64,000 nt of DNA from Alkalispirochaeta sp. (GTDB lineage: Bacteria > Spirochaetota > Spirochaetia > DSM-27196 > Alkalispirochaetaceae): the NCBI GenBank assembly GCA_965601925.1, contig OZ271854.1, positions 3,776,001 to 3,840,000 of the forward strand. Direction: 5' to 3'. The notes under the pieces are model-generated. The model saw only the letters and a program-made list of their open reading frames with translations, did not search any database and had not been told where the DNA came from. The translations under genes and the position numbers were made by a program. Positions 17,084-28,625 of the stretch are shown here, piece after piece. How positions within the stretch are numbered: position 1 is the first letter of the stretch; every line of letters begins with the position of its first letter.

Positions 17084-18847
17084 ATGCGCTTTTCGCAAGA
17101 GACGCTGCAGAAAATCAGAGATCGCCTCGATATTGTCGAGGTTATCGGTGCGTACACGAAGCTTACTCCTCGGGGAGATCGCTGGTGGGGACTCAGCCCG
17201 TTCAAGTCGGAGAAGACGCCGTCCTTCACCGTCAAACCCGACCAAGGCTTCTACTACTGTTTCGCGACCAACAGGGGCGGCGACATCTTCAAGTTCATCG
17301 GCGAAATGGAGGGACTCTCGTTTCCCGAGGCGGTTGAATATCTCGCCGAGCGCGCCGGCGTCGAACTCCAGGGCGATAGCGGGCCGAGCAAGGAGGATCG
17401 TGACCGCAAAGCGTTGTATGAGCTCTACGAACGGGTAAGCGGCTCGTTTCACTATCTCCTCACCGAGGACACCCGTGGAAAGGTCGCACTCGATTACGCG
17501 CTGGAGCGCGGGCTCTCTCGTGAGTTGATCGACGAGTTCAATCTCGGGTACGCGCCGTCGCAGGGTAGGTGGCTTCACCGGTTTCTTCGGAGTAAGTCGT
17601 ATAGCGGCGATTTCCTCTCTTCGAGCGGACTCTTTTCCCGGCGTGCCGGGGAATACGCGCTCTTTCGCCACCGCCTCATGTTTCCGATTTGGGACGACCG
17701 AAAGCGAGTCGCGGCGTTCGGAGGACGGGCGCTGTCGTCGGAAGAGCGTGCAAAGTACATCAATAGTCCGGAAACGGCAATCTACAACAAGCGTCGAACG
17801 CTCTACGGCATTACACAAGCTGTGAGTAGCTTTCGTGAGACGCGGCGGGCCTATATCGCCGAGGGTTATCTCGATGTGATCGCGATGCACCAGGGCGGCT
17901 TTCCGAACACCGTCGCACCCTTGGGAACCGCCTTTACCGAGGAGCAAGCAAAGCTTCTTCGACGCTGGGTCGACGAGGTCGTACTCGTTTTCGACGCCGA
18001 CAATGCGGGAGTAAATGCGAGCTTCAAGGCCGCGATCGTAGCCGAGGGAGCGGGGCTGGGATGCCACGCTCTGGCACTTCCTCCCGGTTCCGATCCCGCG
18101 GATCTCCTCCGGACCGGCGGCGGCGCGCTGACGCGCGCGGTCGAAAACACCCGACCGGTGCTCGATTTTCTCCTGGACGCCGCCGCTCGAAGCGTCGATC
18201 GCGATGTCCCTCACAGCGGGGAGTTGCTGTTGCGCAAACTCTTTCCCTATATTAATATCATCAATTCCGAGGTACGGCGTGAGACTGCTCTTGAGCACAT
18301 GAGTGAGACGCTCCGAGTTTCGTCTCGAGCGGTCAGGTCGGACTTCGAACGTTGGCGGAGAGGAGAACAGCCACAGCGAGTTGAGCGGGACACAGGTTCA
18401 AAACCGGGACAATCTCTGAGTCGAGAAAGTATACTAATGCTCGCCGTCTCGCAAGACAGCGAGCTATTTGCGTATTTACGCAAGAAGCTGACATCGGACG
18501 AGTTGTCCGACCCCGGCGCGCGGCGGTTATTCCTCTTGATGGAGGACGCATTTCGTCACGAGGAGCCGCTCCCGCGAGGAATGGTCGATCGTCTCACAGA
18601 CGAGACGTTACGAAATCTGATTCTCGAAAAGTTAACATCCGGCGAGTACGTCGGCTGGTCGAACGACGATATCGATAACGCATTGGCGCTTATCCACATA
18701 CGTTCATTGGAGGGAGAACAACGCCGTTTGGAATCCGAATTGAAGCATATCGGCGACGATGACCCGCGGGGTCTTCGGACCCTCCTCGAAGAAAAGATGT
18801 CGGTCGACCAAGAACTTGCAAAATTGAAGGTGAGGGCAGATGACTGA
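17084..18847 (+). CDS. dnaG: DNA primase
   Basis: [48 protein letters not shown] motifs. Confidence 0.96.
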   Translation: MRFSQETLQKIRDRLDIVEVIGAYTKLTPRGDRWWGLSPFKSEKTPSFTVKPDQGFYYCFATNRGGDIFKFIGEMEGLSFPEAVEYLAERAGVELQGDSGPSKEDRDRKALYELYERVSGSFHYLLTEDTRGKVALDYALERGLSRELIDEFNLGYAPSQGRWLHRFLRSKSYSGDFLSSSGLFSRRAGEYALFRHRLMFPIWDDRKRVAAFGGRALSSEERAKYINSPETAIYNKRRTLYGITQAVSSFRETRRAYIAEGYLDVIAMHQGGFPNTVAPLGTAFTEEQAKLLRRWVDEVVLVFDADNAGVNASFKAAIVAEGAGLGCHALALPPGSDPADLLRTGGGALTRAVENTRPVLDFLLDAAARSVDRDVPHSGELLLRKLFPYINIINSEVRRETALEHMSETLRVSSRAVRSDFERWRRGEQPQRVERDTGSKPGQSLSRESILMLAVSQDSELFAYLRKKLTSDELSDPGARRLFLLMEDAFRHEEPLPRGMVDRLTDETLRNLILEKLTSGEYVGWSNDDIDNALALIHIRSLEGEQRRLESELKHIGDDDPRGLRTLLEEKMSVDQELAKLKVRADD

Positions 18848-20657
18848 ATTGCAGAACGACCCTGCAATCGCACGTTTAATAGACTACGCCAAGTCAAAAA
18901 CGACGATAAGCTACGACGAAGTGCACGACTTCCTCCCCGATGCAATCGTCAACTCCGATAAAATCGAGGAGGTGTTGAGCCTCTTGGCGCGACATAACGT
19001 CATCCTCGAGGAGTCGAGCGAAGAATCTCAGGAAGAGCGTGACGAGGACGACGACGGCGAGCTGGAAGAGCGCGACGAGTCCGACTCCTCCGGTGAGGGG
19101 GCGGACTCCGAAACCCCAACCCATACGGCGGCGGCGGCCACAGTCGATCGCACGAAACGAGTTATCGTGGGCGACAAAGATGCCGCAGTCGACGATCCGA
19201 TCCGTCTGTATCTCAGAGAGATCGGTAAGGAGAATCTGCTTACCGCCGAACAGGAGGTAGAACTCTCCAAGAAGATGGAAGAGGGCGAGCAGATCATAAA
19301 GGACGTGATTCGCGGCAGCGGGATGGTTATCCCCGAGTTCTTCGACCTCGCGGAGCGGACCTTTCGGAAGGAGGACCCGCGCGAGCTCGGACTTTCGAAG
19401 AAAGAAATCTCGGAGTATCTCGCCGAGCGCCGCCGGTTGAACCAATTTTATCGCGAGTCGCTCCGGGAACTCTTACCGGAGCTGCGCGCGTACATGGATC
19501 TCAAGCAGCGTACCTTTGAAAAAGGGATCGACATTCTTACCGACAAACCCCTCGCGCAGAAGAGCGAAGGGCTTTTGGAGAAGTTGAACGAGATAGAGAT
19601 CCATCAGGACGAGATATTGCGGTTCAGCGACCATTTTTCCCGCGCCGCGCGCCAAATTCACCGGTATCGTGACGATCAGAGCCGCGTCGAGAAGCGCCTG
19701 CGCGTCTCCAACCTGCGCGAGCTGCGAAATCTCGGCCGCGGTTTGGCGGTAGGGTCGCGTCGGGAGGAAATCGAAGACGCGCTGGGACTCTCGGCCGACC
19801 AGATCAAGGAGAAGATCCGTCACATTCAAATGACGGAGAAGAAGCTGCGCGAGCTCGAGTTCCGTTTCGAGAACTCGATCGACGATATTCTGCGCATGTC
19901 CGACGAGATTGAGCGCGGTCGGGTAATGATGCAGACTGCAAAGGACAAATTGATCCAAGCCAACCTGCGGTTGGTCGTGAGTATCGCGAAGAAGTATACC
20001 AATCGCGGACTCCACTTTTTCGATCTCGTGCAGGAGGGAAACATCGGCCTCATCAAAGCGGTCGAGAAGTTCGAGTATCGGAAGGGGTACAAGTTCTCAA
20101 CCTACGCGACGTGGTGGATCCGTCAGGCGATCACACGCTCCATTTCCGACCAAGCGCGCACCATTCGCGTACCGGTACACATGATCGAGCAGATCAACAA
20201 GGTGGTGCGCGAGTCGCGGCAACTGATGCAGGTACTCGGGCGCGAACCGACCGACGAGGAGGTCGCCGATCGCCTGGGATGGAACGTCGCCCGCGTAAAA
20301 TCGGTGAAAAATGTGGCCAGAGAACCGATATCTCTCGAGACACCGATCGGCGAGGAGGAGGATTCGCTCCTCGGCGACTTCATCGAGGACAAGGAAGTTG
20401 AGAATCCGGCTCATCAGACGGCATTTACCCTTCTTCAGGAGCAACTGCGCAGCGTCCTTGATACGCTGCCCCCCCGCGAGCAAGAGGTGCTGAAGATGCG
20501 TTTCGGCCTCGAGGACGGGTACTCCTTGACATTGGAGGAGGTGGGACTGTACTTCAACGTTACGCGTGAGCGGATTCGCCAGATCGAAGCCAAAGCGTTG
20601 CGACGACTGCGCCACCCCAAACGAAGTCGACGGCTCAAAGACTATCTTGATAATTGA
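18840..20657 (+). CDS. rpoD: RNA polymerase primary sigma factor
   Basis: [48 protein letters not shown]...[10 protein letters not shown]. Confidence 0.98.
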   Translation: MTELQNDPAIARLIDYAKSKTTISYDEVHDFLPDAIVNSDKIEEVLSLLARHNVILEESSEESQEERDEDDDGELEERDESDSSGEGADSETPTHTAAAATVDRTKRVIVGDKDAAVDDPIRLYLREIGKENLLTAEQEVELSKKMEEGEQIIKDVIRGSGMVIPEFFDLAERTFRKEDPRELGLSKKEISEYLAERRRLNQFYRESLRELLPELRAYMDLKQRTFEKGIDILTDKPLAQKSEGLLEKLNEIEIHQDEILRFSDHFSRAARQIHRYRDDQSRVEKRLRVSNLRELRNLGRGLAVGSRREEIEDALGLSADQIKEKIRHIQMTEKKLRELEFRFENSIDDILRMSDEIERGRVMMQTAKDKLIQANLRLVVSIAKKYTNRGLHFFDLVQEGNIGLIKAVEKFEYRKGYKFSTYATWWIRQAITRSISDQARTIRVPVHMIEQINKVVRESRQLMQVLGREPTDEEVADRLGWNVARVKSVKNVAREPISLETPIGEEEDSLLGDFIEDKEVENPAHQTAFTLLQEQLRSVLDTLPPREQEVLKMRFGLEDGYSLTLEEVGLYFNVTRERIRQIEAKALRRLRHPKRSRRLKDYLDN

Positions 20658-20674
20658 GAGGTGTAGATAGCGAT

Positions 20675-21658
20675 ATGATCCAGGATACGATCGAAAAGCT
20701 AAAGGTGCTCCAGGATATTCTCTCGCAGAAGTTCAGTATCGAGCGCGAGATTGACGAGCTGCCGCGTACGCTGGCGACCAAGAAAGAACTGGTTAGCCGC
20801 CTCAAGAAGTCGTTTCTCGAGAAGAATGAGAAGTTTGAAGAGACGCGAAAAAAGGTCGCGGAGCTTCGTATTCGTCTCCAGGAGTCGGAGTCGGATCGCG
20901 AGAAGTACGAAGGGCAGATGGACCAGATTACCACCGCTCGGGAGTACGACGCGCTGGAAAAGGAGATCCGCGACGCCTCCGAGCGCGAGCAGCAGTTCCG
21001 ACGCGACCTCCAACGGGAGGAGAAGGACCTTGAAGAGCAGCGCCAACGTCTGGAGCGCGAAGAGGGGATGATCAAGACCGAGGAAGAAGAGCTCGAACAG
21101 GAACGCGCGAAGATCGACAGTGAAACGAGTCAGCGTAAAAGCACCCTCGTCGACTTGAAGAAGCAGGAGAACGAGACCACACCGAATCTCGACGAGGAGC
21201 TTCTGTTCAAGTTCGAGCGAATCATCAAGAGTAAGCAGGGCGAGGGTATCGTCCCGGTGCGAAACGGCGTGTGTACGGGATGCCAGATGATTCTTCCCAG
21301 CCAGTTCGTCAACGACGTACGAGCCGGTGAGGATATTCTCTTTTGCCCGTACTGCTCGAAGGTCGTCTTCTATACCGACGATGCGAGCGATGCCAACGAG
21401 ATGGGATTCTCCGAGTCCGACGAGGAGGGATTGGCCGATCTCGTGGACGACGACTTCGACGAGGATCTGTTCGACGAGGAGGAGCTCATCGGCTTTTCCG
21501 ACGAGGACGAACTGACCCCGGAGGAAACGGCGGAGCTCGAGGATGACGAAGCGGATGCGTCGGACGATGAAGACGAAGAAGAAGAGGATATGCTGGACGA
21601 CGAGGACGACGACATCGGAGACGGCGAGTTCGATGATGAAGAAGAACTCGATGACTGA
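20675..21658 (+). CDS. Coiled-coil C4-type zinc-ribbon protein (CdsZ/CT398-like) with long acidic tail
   Basis: Long coiled coil, CTGC...CPYC, D/E-rich C-terminus; start 20654 or 20675. Confidence 0.85.
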   Translation: MIQDTIEKLKVLQDILSQKFSIEREIDELPRTLATKKELVSRLKKSFLEKNEKFEETRKKVAELRIRLQESESDREKYEGQMDQITTAREYDALEKEIRDASEREQQFRRDLQREEKDLEEQRQRLEREEGMIKTEEEELEQERAKIDSETSQRKSTLVDLKKQENETTPNLDEELLFKFERIIKSKQGEGIVPVRNGVCTGCQMILPSQFVNDVRAGEDILFCPYCSKVVFYTDDASDANEMGFSESDEEGLADLVDDDFDEDLFDEEELIGFSDEDELTPEETAELEDDEADASDDEDEEEEDMLDDEDDDIGDGEFDDEEELDD

Positions 21659-21677
21659 CGTCGTCGTACGGTGAGTG

Positions 21678-22047
21678 TGGAGGGGCCAGGTTATCGCCGC
21701 CGACTTCGTTCGGCGGAGGAAAGTCCGGACTCCGGAGAGCGCGGTACCGGGTAACGCCCGGCTGCGGCCGCTACGGTAGCCGCACGAGAAAGTGCCACAG
21801 AAACGACACCGCCCTCCGGCGTTCGACGTTGTCAAGCGTCGGGGGGTAAGGGTGAAATGGTGGGGTAAGAGCCCACCGGGTTCCCGGTAACGGGAATCGC
21901 CGAGGTAAACCTTGCCGGGAGCAAGACCAAGCAGCAGAGGGATGGCTCGTCCCGGTCTCTGCGGGTAGGTCGCTACAGCCGGCTGGAGACAGACGGTAGA
22001 GATAGATGATAGCCCAAGACAGAATCCGGCTTACCGGCTCCTCTTCA
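21678..22047 (+). ncRNA. rnpB: RNase P RNA, type A
   Basis: GAGGAAAGTCCGGACTCC, AGTGCCACAGAAA, GGTAAGGGTGAAA, GGAGCAAGACCAA, ACAGAATCCGGCTTA conserved blocks; ends approximate. Confidence 0.96.
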
Positions 22048-22067
22048 CGCACCGCACCGTTGAATGT

Positions 22068-23021
22068 ATGAGACTACCGGAATCGCGTTTTCGAGTACAC
22101 AAAAGCACCGGTAGAACCGGCTCGCGGCTATTCACCGTCGTACTGTTAGCGATCGTTGCCGGAATCATCGGCGCGGGCGTGGTATTAGTGCTGCGCTCGC
22201 GCGTACCGATTCTTCCGATTGCGGCGACCGCGAGGCCCCAAGACGCGATCGAGTTGTGGGGGACAGGCGACTACGAGGAGGTGGTGCGTGTCACTACCGA
22301 GCAACTTCTCGAGTTTCCTTTGGACGCCGCCGCGCTTGCGCTCCGCGGATTCTCATATTTTTACTTAGCGGTGCAGATGGTCAATCTCGACGAGCGCAAC
22401 GATCTACTCTTAGGAGCGATTCAGGACCTGCGAAAGGCGCTTTTGCTCGAGAACAACGAATTGGAAACCGAAATTCGATATGTGCTCGGTAAGGCGTACT
22501 TCCATCGCGGACCCTTTTTCTACGATTCGGCCATTGAGGAGCTCCAACGGGCGCGCGAGCTCGGTTTGGAACAACTCGATCTGTTCGAGTATCTCGCCTT
22601 GACACACCGCGACCTTGGACGTTTCGAGGAGTCGATCGAGTACTTTCAGATGGCGATCGCTCTCGCCGACGAGGCGATCCATAAGGTGAGTCTCGCCGAT
22701 ATTTTCATCGACCTTTCACGCTACGACAACGCCGACCGACTGCTCGCGGAGGTTGTCGAAGAGGCCTCCGACGTGACGCTTCTCCAAGACGCATTGTTGT
22801 CCCAGGGGTTGTCGTACCGCCGCCAGGGACGGCACCCCGACGCGCTATTCGCGTACGAGCGCATTTTAGAGTTAAACGAGTCGTCGGCGGAAGCGCACTT
22901 CGGTATGGGAGAGGTCTATCTCGCACAGAACGAGACCGATCGAGCCCGTTTCGAGTGGCGAGAAGCGATTCGCCTCGACCCCAACCATATTGAATCTTTG
23001 CAGCGTTTACAGGATTATTAG
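22068..23021 (+). CDS. Membrane-anchored TPR protein
   Basis: N-terminal TM helix, multiple TPR motifs (AEAHFGMGEVY...AIRLDPN). Confidence 0.85.
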   Translation: MRLPESRFRVHKSTGRTGSRLFTVVLLAIVAGIIGAGVVLVLRSRVPILPIAATARPQDAIELWGTGDYEEVVRVTTEQLLEFPLDAAALALRGFSYFYLAVQMVNLDERNDLLLGAIQDLRKALLLENNELETEIRYVLGKAYFHRGPFFYDSAIEELQRARELGLEQLDLFEYLALTHRDLGRFEESIEYFQMAIALADEAIHKVSLADIFIDLSRYDNADRLLAEVVEEASDVTLLQDALLSQGLSYRRQGRHPDALFAYERILELNESSAEAHFGMGEVYLAQNETDRARFEWREAIRLDPNHIESLQRLQDY

Positions 23022-23048
23022 CCACATCCCGGGAGGAACACACATATA

Positions 23049-24086
23049 ATGGCCGGCAAGTCTTTTTTGAGCGCCTTTTCTTCAGATATCGGTATTGATC
23101 TGGGCACCTGCAATACACTGGTGTTTATTCGAGGTAAGGGAATCGTAGCGAGCGAACCCTCCGTCGTAGCGGTGGAGCGAGGTACCAAGAAGGTCGTCGC
23201 CGTAGGCGAAGAGGCGAAGCGAATGCTCTGGAAAACCCCGGGCGACATCATCGCCATTCGTCCCCTACGGGACGGCGTCATCGCGGACTTGGAAACGACG
23301 GAGAAGATGATTCGGTACTTCATATCGAAGGTGCTTCAGCGGCGCTGGTTCGTGAAACCGCGCATGGTAATCGGAGTACCATCTTGCATTACCGACGTTG
23401 AGGAACGCGCCGTTATCGAGAGCGCCGAGAAAGCCGGTGCACGCGAGGTGCGCGTTATCGCCGAGTCGCTCGCTGCGGCAATCGGCGCCAGTATTCCCAT
23501 CTTTGAGCCTGCGGGACATATGATTTGTGATATCGGCGGCGGTACCAGCGAGATATCGGTCATCTCCTTGGGTGGCATGGTGGTGACGAACGCGATCCGC
23601 CTGGGCGGCGATGAGTTCGACGAGGCGATTATCAAGCACGTTCGCACCGTCCACAATTTGATCATCGGCGAAGGCACCGCCGAGGAGTTGAAAAAACGTA
23701 TCGGGAACGCTACCGCGGACAAAAAGATCGAGAAGATGGAGATCAAAGGTACCGATGCCATCACCGGCCTCCCGCGTCGGCTCGAGATCGATAGCGTCGA
23801 GGTTCGGGATGCGCTCCAGGAGCCGATCACGGCAATCATTGAAGAGATCAAACGGACGCTCGGCCAGACGCCTCCCGAATTGGCCGCCGACATCGTGGAG
23901 CGCGGTATTGTGCTTACCGGCGGCGGCTCACTCCTGAAAGGGTTGGATACGCTTATCGCAAACGAGACCGGCGTACCCGTTTTTCTCGCCGAGGATCCGA
24001 TGAACTGTGTAGCTCTCGGTGCGGGCATGTACTTTGAGTACGAAAAAGGTCGGCGGCACGAGAACAACGTATATCGTAATCTGTAG
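23049..24086 (+). CDS. mreB: Rod shape-determining actin homologue
   Basis: [38 protein letters not shown]. Confidence 0.97.
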   Translation: MAGKSFLSAFSSDIGIDLGTCNTLVFIRGKGIVASEPSVVAVERGTKKVVAVGEEAKRMLWKTPGDIIAIRPLRDGVIADLETTEKMIRYFISKVLQRRWFVKPRMVIGVPSCITDVEERAVIESAEKAGAREVRVIAESLAAAIGASIPIFEPAGHMICDIGGGTSEISVISLGGMVVTNAIRLGGDEFDEAIIKHVRTVHNLIIGEGTAEELKKRIGNATADKKIEKMEIKGTDAITGLPRRLEIDSVEVRDALQEPITAIIEEIKRTLGQTPPELAADIVERGIVLTGGGSLLKGLDTLIANETGVPVFLAEDPMNCVALGAGMYFEYEKGRRHENNVYRNL

Positions 24087-24088
24087 GT

Positions 24089-24928
24089 ATGGCTCCTTCG
24101 CGCCGAACGATTGTCACAACCGTAGTCTTAGTGATAATCGGCCTTATCGGTACGGCCGTCGGTTCCGGCGGCACCACGGTGTATCCGGAGCGTCTTGGAC
24201 GACGACTCCTTGCCGGAGTGCAGCAGCTCTTCGGCGGTATCGGTCGCGGGGTCGGTAACACGATCCGCTCCGTCGCCGAGTTGCGACAGTTGCGCAGCGA
24301 CTACGAAGGTCTTCTCACCGAAGTCGAGTTGTATCAACGCCTCGAGGGTACCGTGCAGGATCTGGAGCGCGAAAACCAGCGTCTCAGAGAGCAACTGGGA
24401 TTTGCGGCGCGTACGGAGCAGCGGAGCCTTGCGGCGCGTGTCATTGCCAAAGAGGGCGCCGGCGCACTCTTTTCTTCCTTTACGATCAATCGAGGAAGCC
24501 GACACGGGGTAGAACGAAATCAGGCCGTCGTCGCCTTCATCGCCGGGCGCGAAGGCCTCGTCGGTCGAGTAGCCGAGGTTTCCGGCGGCACGGCGCTCGT
24601 GATGCCGATTTTTTCCGCCGGTTCCTACGTTGCGTCTCGCCTCGATCGATCACGGTACGAGGGGCTGGTGCAAGGTACCGGCGACGGAAGCGACGCGTTA
24701 CTGCTTCGCTACATTCCCCGAGAGGCTCGCAACGAGATCAGCTATAATGATTTAGTGATTACCTCCGGATTGCAATCCATGTTTCCCCCCGGACTTCCGA
24801 TCGGGCTCGTGCGGGGGGTTGAGTCTCCATCGTTCGAGACGGCGCTGTTGGTGAATGTAGAGCCGATCGTCGATTTTTCACGGCTGGAGTACGTGTTCGT
24901 CTTATTGCAGGCCGGCACGTCTCGATGA
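24089..24928 (+). CDS. mreC: Rod shape-determining protein MreC
   Basis: TM, coiled coil (ENQRLREQL), INRGS..GV, GLVGRV, ITSGL..FPPGLPIG. Confidence 0.93.
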   Translation: MAPSRRTIVTTVVLVIIGLIGTAVGSGGTTVYPERLGRRLLAGVQQLFGGIGRGVGNTIRSVAELRQLRSDYEGLLTEVELYQRLEGTVQDLERENQRLREQLGFAARTEQRSLAARVIAKEGAGALFSSFTINRGSRHGVERNQAVVAFIAGREGLVGRVAEVSGGTALVMPIFSAGSYVASRLDRSRYEGLVQGTGDGSDALLLRYIPREARNEISYNDLVITSGLQSMFPPGLPIGLVRGVESPSFETALLVNVEPIVDFSRLEYVFVLLQAGTSR

Positions 24929-24944
24929 CCTATGGAGTGATCTG

Positions 24945-25445
24945 GTGACGACGGCGTTTTTTTTCGTTACGTCAGCCCTACTGGCGATCCTGCAAACGAC
25001 GTGGCTCGCGAATTTTACCGTAGCCGGCGCTCGCCCGGATCTGGTATTGATTGTACTTACACTTTCGGCGCACACTCAGGGAGTGCAAAGGGGTCAAGTT
25101 TCCGGTTTTCTCGTCGGTCTCGTGGAGGATGTGATGAGTTTGTCTCCCATGGGATTCCACGCCGTGATACGCTTGTCTCACAGTGCGGTCGTCGGTCTGA
25201 CGCGGGGAGCGGTCCAGACACACCCGTTACTTACACCCGTTTTGTTGGTCTCCCTCGCCTGGGTAGTCAAGCACCTTACCGCGCTTCTCGTGTCGCAGAT
25301 TACCGGAGTTGAAGGCATAGCTCCGCGGCTTTTCACCGCTGCTACGGGTGTCGAATTCTTACTGACCGTCGTCGCGGCTCCTATCGTGTTCATCATCACC
25401 GACCGGCTTCGACGACGTTTCGATCATGGTAGGAGAGTATCGTGA
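24945..25445 (+). CDS. mreD: Rod shape-determining protein MreD
   Basis: Hydrophobic, PDLVLI, GFLVGLVED; position after mreC. Confidence 0.9.
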   Translation: MTTAFFFVTSALLAILQTTWLANFTVAGARPDLVLIVLTLSAHTQGVQRGQVSGFLVGLVEDVMSLSPMGFHAVIRLSHSAVVGLTRGAVQTHPLLTPVLLVSLAWVVKHLTALLVSQITGVEGIAPRLFTAATGVEFLLTVVAAPIVFIITDRLRRRFDHGRRVS

Positions 25446-27301
25446 GCCCTACTCAAAGAAGACCCTTCGTCCGGCCCGGTCGCGCGCTCTTTCTTGTCGG
25501 GGTCATGGCGGTGGTGCTGTTACTCTACATCGTACGCATCTTTCAGATGCAGGTCCTGGACGGATACATCTACCTCAATCGGGCGCGACAGACCGCTCTG
25601 CGCAGTGAGCCGGTGTTTGCCCAGCGGGGACAGATACTCGATCGCGATATGGAGGCGATTCTCGCGACGAATACGAGTTCGTTCGCACTCACTATCGTTC
25701 CCGGAGAGGTTCCTCGGGGAGAGATGGCGACGCTCCTCGGTGATCTGAGTGTGCTTATCGGCCGCGATGAGGCGGTCATGAACGAGCGTTTGCAACGGCT
25801 GCGCGGCGGTAGTTTTCAGGCGGTGGAGATCGTTGACGGACTCTCTCTCGAGGAGCTCACGCTCGTAGCCGAACGCATCGAACATTTTCCCGGCCTCTCT
25901 TGGTACAGCAAACCGGAACGGATTTATCCGACCGGCGAGCTCTTGGGACATCTCATCGGGTATGTAGGAGACATCACGCCGGAGGAGCTGCAGGTGCTCT
26001 TCAACCGAGGGTATACATCCGCGAGTATCCTCGGGAAGGCGGGAATCGAACAACGGTATGATCAGATGCTCCGCGGGAACGACGGTCGACGATTCCGTAC
26101 CGTCGATGCTCGGGGGCGACGAGTCGGAGATGAGGATGAGTTGGTTCCGCCGGAGCAAGGCATGAACCTGGTGCTTACCATAGACCACCAGCTGCAAGCC
26201 CTCGCCCAGGAGTCCCTCGGTCCCCGAATCGGATCGGTGGTCGCGCTGCGACCTCATACCGGCGAGGTGTTGGCGATGGTCAGCTATCCGCGGTTCGATC
26301 CCAACGACTTCATAGGGTTTGATTCACAACGGTCGTTCCGTGCCTTGGCATTGGATCCGCGCTCTCCATTTCTCAATCGCCCGATTCAGTCGGTTGCAGC
26401 TCCGGCATCGACGTTTAAGGTTCTCATGACCACGGCGATCCTCGAGGAGGGTGCATTTCCACCCGATGAGACGATTCAATGCACGGGGCAGTTCTCCTAC
26501 GGTAATCGAGTGTTTAACGATTGGTTGAGTTACGGTCACGGCCCGGTCAATCTGGAGGCGGCGCTGGCGCAGTCATGCAACATTTATTACTGGACGATCG
26601 GCGCCAACCATCTCTCGGTGGACCAAATTATCGATTACGCGTCGCGTCTCGGGTTGGGACGTCCTACCGAGATCGATCTCCCCGGCGAGGTTAGCGGACT
26701 CATTCCGTCTCCCGCCTGGAAAGAGCAAACGTTCAACACTCGCTGGGTCGGTGGCGATACGGTAAATATGTCGATCGGCGAGGGGTTTCTCCAGGTAACG
26801 CCGATGCAGATCGCCAATATGGTCGCCACGATCGCCAACGGTGGTACGGTGTATCGTCCGTATCTTCTGAAGGAGGTACGCGATCCCATCACCGGCGTTG
26901 TGGTGGAGCGTACCGAACCGTATGTGTTGCGGGACTCGTCGATCGGCCACGCAACGCTGCGTGAAGTTCGTCGGGCTATGCGCAGTGCAATTACCGAGGG
27001 AACGGCCAACGTAGTAATAACGACCGACGCCGTCGAGGTTGCCGGCAAAACGGGAACGGGGCAGGTGAGTCGAAGCGACGAGAACTTCACCAGTTGGTTC
27101 GTGGCCTACGCTCCGTACGGCGACGCCGTGCCTCCCGAAGAGATGATCGCCTTGGTCGTGATGGTGGACGCCGCCAACGATTGGGAATGGTGGGCGCCCA
27201 AAGCGGCCAATATTATTCTCCATGGGTATTTCCGCGGACTGAATTTCGAGGACGCAGTCGCCGATCTCCGCCGCGGCCCTCGGCCTCTGTGGTATATGTA
27301 G
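25442..27301 (+). CDS. mrdA: Penicillin-binding protein 2
   Basis: RGQILDR, SxxK (STFK), SCN, KTGTG motifs. Confidence 0.95.
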   Translation: MSPTQRRPFVRPGRALFLVGVMAVVLLLYIVRIFQMQVLDGYIYLNRARQTALRSEPVFAQRGQILDRDMEAILATNTSSFALTIVPGEVPRGEMATLLGDLSVLIGRDEAVMNERLQRLRGGSFQAVEIVDGLSLEELTLVAERIEHFPGLSWYSKPERIYPTGELLGHLIGYVGDITPEELQVLFNRGYTSASILGKAGIEQRYDQMLRGNDGRRFRTVDARGRRVGDEDELVPPEQGMNLVLTIDHQLQALAQESLGPRIGSVVALRPHTGEVLAMVSYPRFDPNDFIGFDSQRSFRALALDPRSPFLNRPIQSVAAPASTFKVLMTTAILEEGAFPPDETIQCTGQFSYGNRVFNDWLSYGHGPVNLEAALAQSCNIYYWTIGANHLSVDQIIDYASRLGLGRPTEIDLPGEVSGLIPSPAWKEQTFNTRWVGGDTVNMSIGEGFLQVTPMQIANMVATIANGGTVYRPYLLKEVRDPITGVVVERTEPYVLRDSSIGHATLREVRRAMRSAITEGTANVVITTDAVEVAGKTGTGQVSRSDENFTSWFVAYAPYGDAVPPEEMIALVVMVDAANDWEWWAPKAANIILHGYFRGLNFEDAVADLRRGPRPLWYM

Positions 27302-27305
27302 GGAG

Positions 27306-28625
27306 GTGCCGATGATCCAGTCACGGTCGGTTTTTGAAATGGATCTCTATATACTTGCCGCCACGATCTCGCTGGTCGTGGTAGGAGTTCTATTCATTTT
27401 TTCCAGCGGCGTTACCGCAACCGGGCAGATCGTAAGTCGCGAATACATACGGCAAATCGCGTGGGCGATAACCGGCCTGGTGCTCATGTTCGTCGTGACA
27501 TTCCTCGACTATCGCCTGTTCAATCGGCTGTCGATCATTCTGTTCGGTACATTGATTTCATTGTTGATCGTCACTGCGCTCTTCGGCCGCGTCGTCAACG
27601 GCGCACGGAGTTGGCTGGGAGTCGGCAGTCTGGGCGGTCAGCCCTCGGAGTTTGCAAAAATCGGGCTCATCATCATGCTCGCCCGTTACTATTCGGAACG
27701 CGATCGCGGAGCGAGTCCGTTGCTCGGTTTTTTAGGCGGTCTCGGCTTAGCGCTAATTCCGACCGCGTTGGTGCTCAGTCAACCGGATCTCGGGACCGCC
27801 TTGGTGTATCTGCCGATCTTTTTGGTGATGGCTTTTGTCGCCGGCATCGACGAGCGCTATATCGGTTTTATCGTCGGTGTGGGAGTTCTTACCGGCATCT
27901 TTACGGTGTTACCGGTCTGGCAGAGCCATTTAGCCGATCGGCACATTCCGTTCATCGCCGTGCTGACGTCGGGCGATACGATGGTGTTCCTACTTAGCGG
28001 ATTGGGCGCGGCGTTTCTCGTGGCGGGAGTCGGGTTATGGATCACGCATCGGCGCCTCTTCTTTTGGATCATGTACGGCCTCGGTATCGTATTTTTATCC
28101 GTGCCTATGGCTTATGCGGCGCGAACGGTGCTTCAAGACTATCAAATCATGCGATTAATCGTTTTCATCGATCCGTACGTCGATCCACGCGGTGCCGGTT
28201 GGAACATCATCCAGTCGGTCACCGCGGTCGGATCCGGTGGACCGTTCGGTAAGGGTTTTTTGGAGGGCACGCAAAGCCATTACCAGTATTTGCCGCAGCA
28301 GAGCACCGACTTCATCTTCTCTATTCTGGCCGAAGAGTGGGGCTTTGTCGGCGTGCTCGTCGTGTTTGTTCTGTTCGGCGTTATCTTCGGCCGTGGAATT
28401 TACATCATGGCTACTGCGAGGGACCGTTTCGCCGCACTCATCGCCGCCGGCGTCGTGGGAATGCTCTTTTTCCACTTCGTCGTAAACGTCGGGATGGCGG
28501 TCGGGATTATGCCTATCACCGGTATACCGCTCTTCTTGCTCTCCTACGGCGGTTCGTCCTTGTGGACGGCGATGGTGGGTATCGGGCTTATCATGAGCGT
28601 CTATCAGCACCGTTATCAGTATTGA
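27306..28625 (+). CDS. rodA: SEDS peptidoglycan glycosyltransferase RodA
   Basis: NGARSW, QPSEFAK, QPDLGT, TDFIF...EEWG, PITGIPL...SYGGSS. Confidence 0.95.
   Translation: MPMIQSRSVFEMDLYILAATISLVVVGVLFIFSSGVTATGQIVSREYIRQIAWAITGLVLMFVVTFLDYRLFNRLSIILFGTLISLLIVTALFGRVVNGARSWLGVGSLGGQPSEFAKIGLIIMLARYYSERDRGASPLLGFLGGLGLALIPTALVLSQPDLGTALVYLPIFLVMAFVAGIDERYIGFIVGVGVLTGIFTVLPVWQSHLADRHIPFIAVLTSGDTMVFLLSGLGAAFLVAGVGLWITHRRLFFWIMYGLGIVFLSVPMAYAARTVLQDYQIMRLIVFIDPYVDPRGAGWNIIQSVTAVGSGGPFGKGFLEGTQSHYQYLPQQSTDFIFSILAEEWGFVGVLVVFVLFGVIFGRGIYIMATARDRFAALIAAGVVGMLFFHFVVNVGMAVGIMPITGIPLFLLSYGGSSLWTAMVGIGLIMSVYQHRYQY

Noticed and set aside
17021..18298. 425-aa antisense ORF over dnaG, and similar long antisense ORFs over the zinc-ribbon gene, rpsA, prs, greA and pnp
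   Set aside because: Shadow ORFs expected from GC-rich codon bias; no recognisable motifs and fully overlapping well-supported genes
21375..21655. GAC/GAG/GAA-rich repetitive DNA as a tandem repeat or CRISPR array
   Set aside because: It encodes the acidic protein tail; no fixed-length repeat-spacer pattern here or elsewhere
21771..22052. 93-aa minus-strand ORF
   Set aside because: Antisense to RNase P RNA
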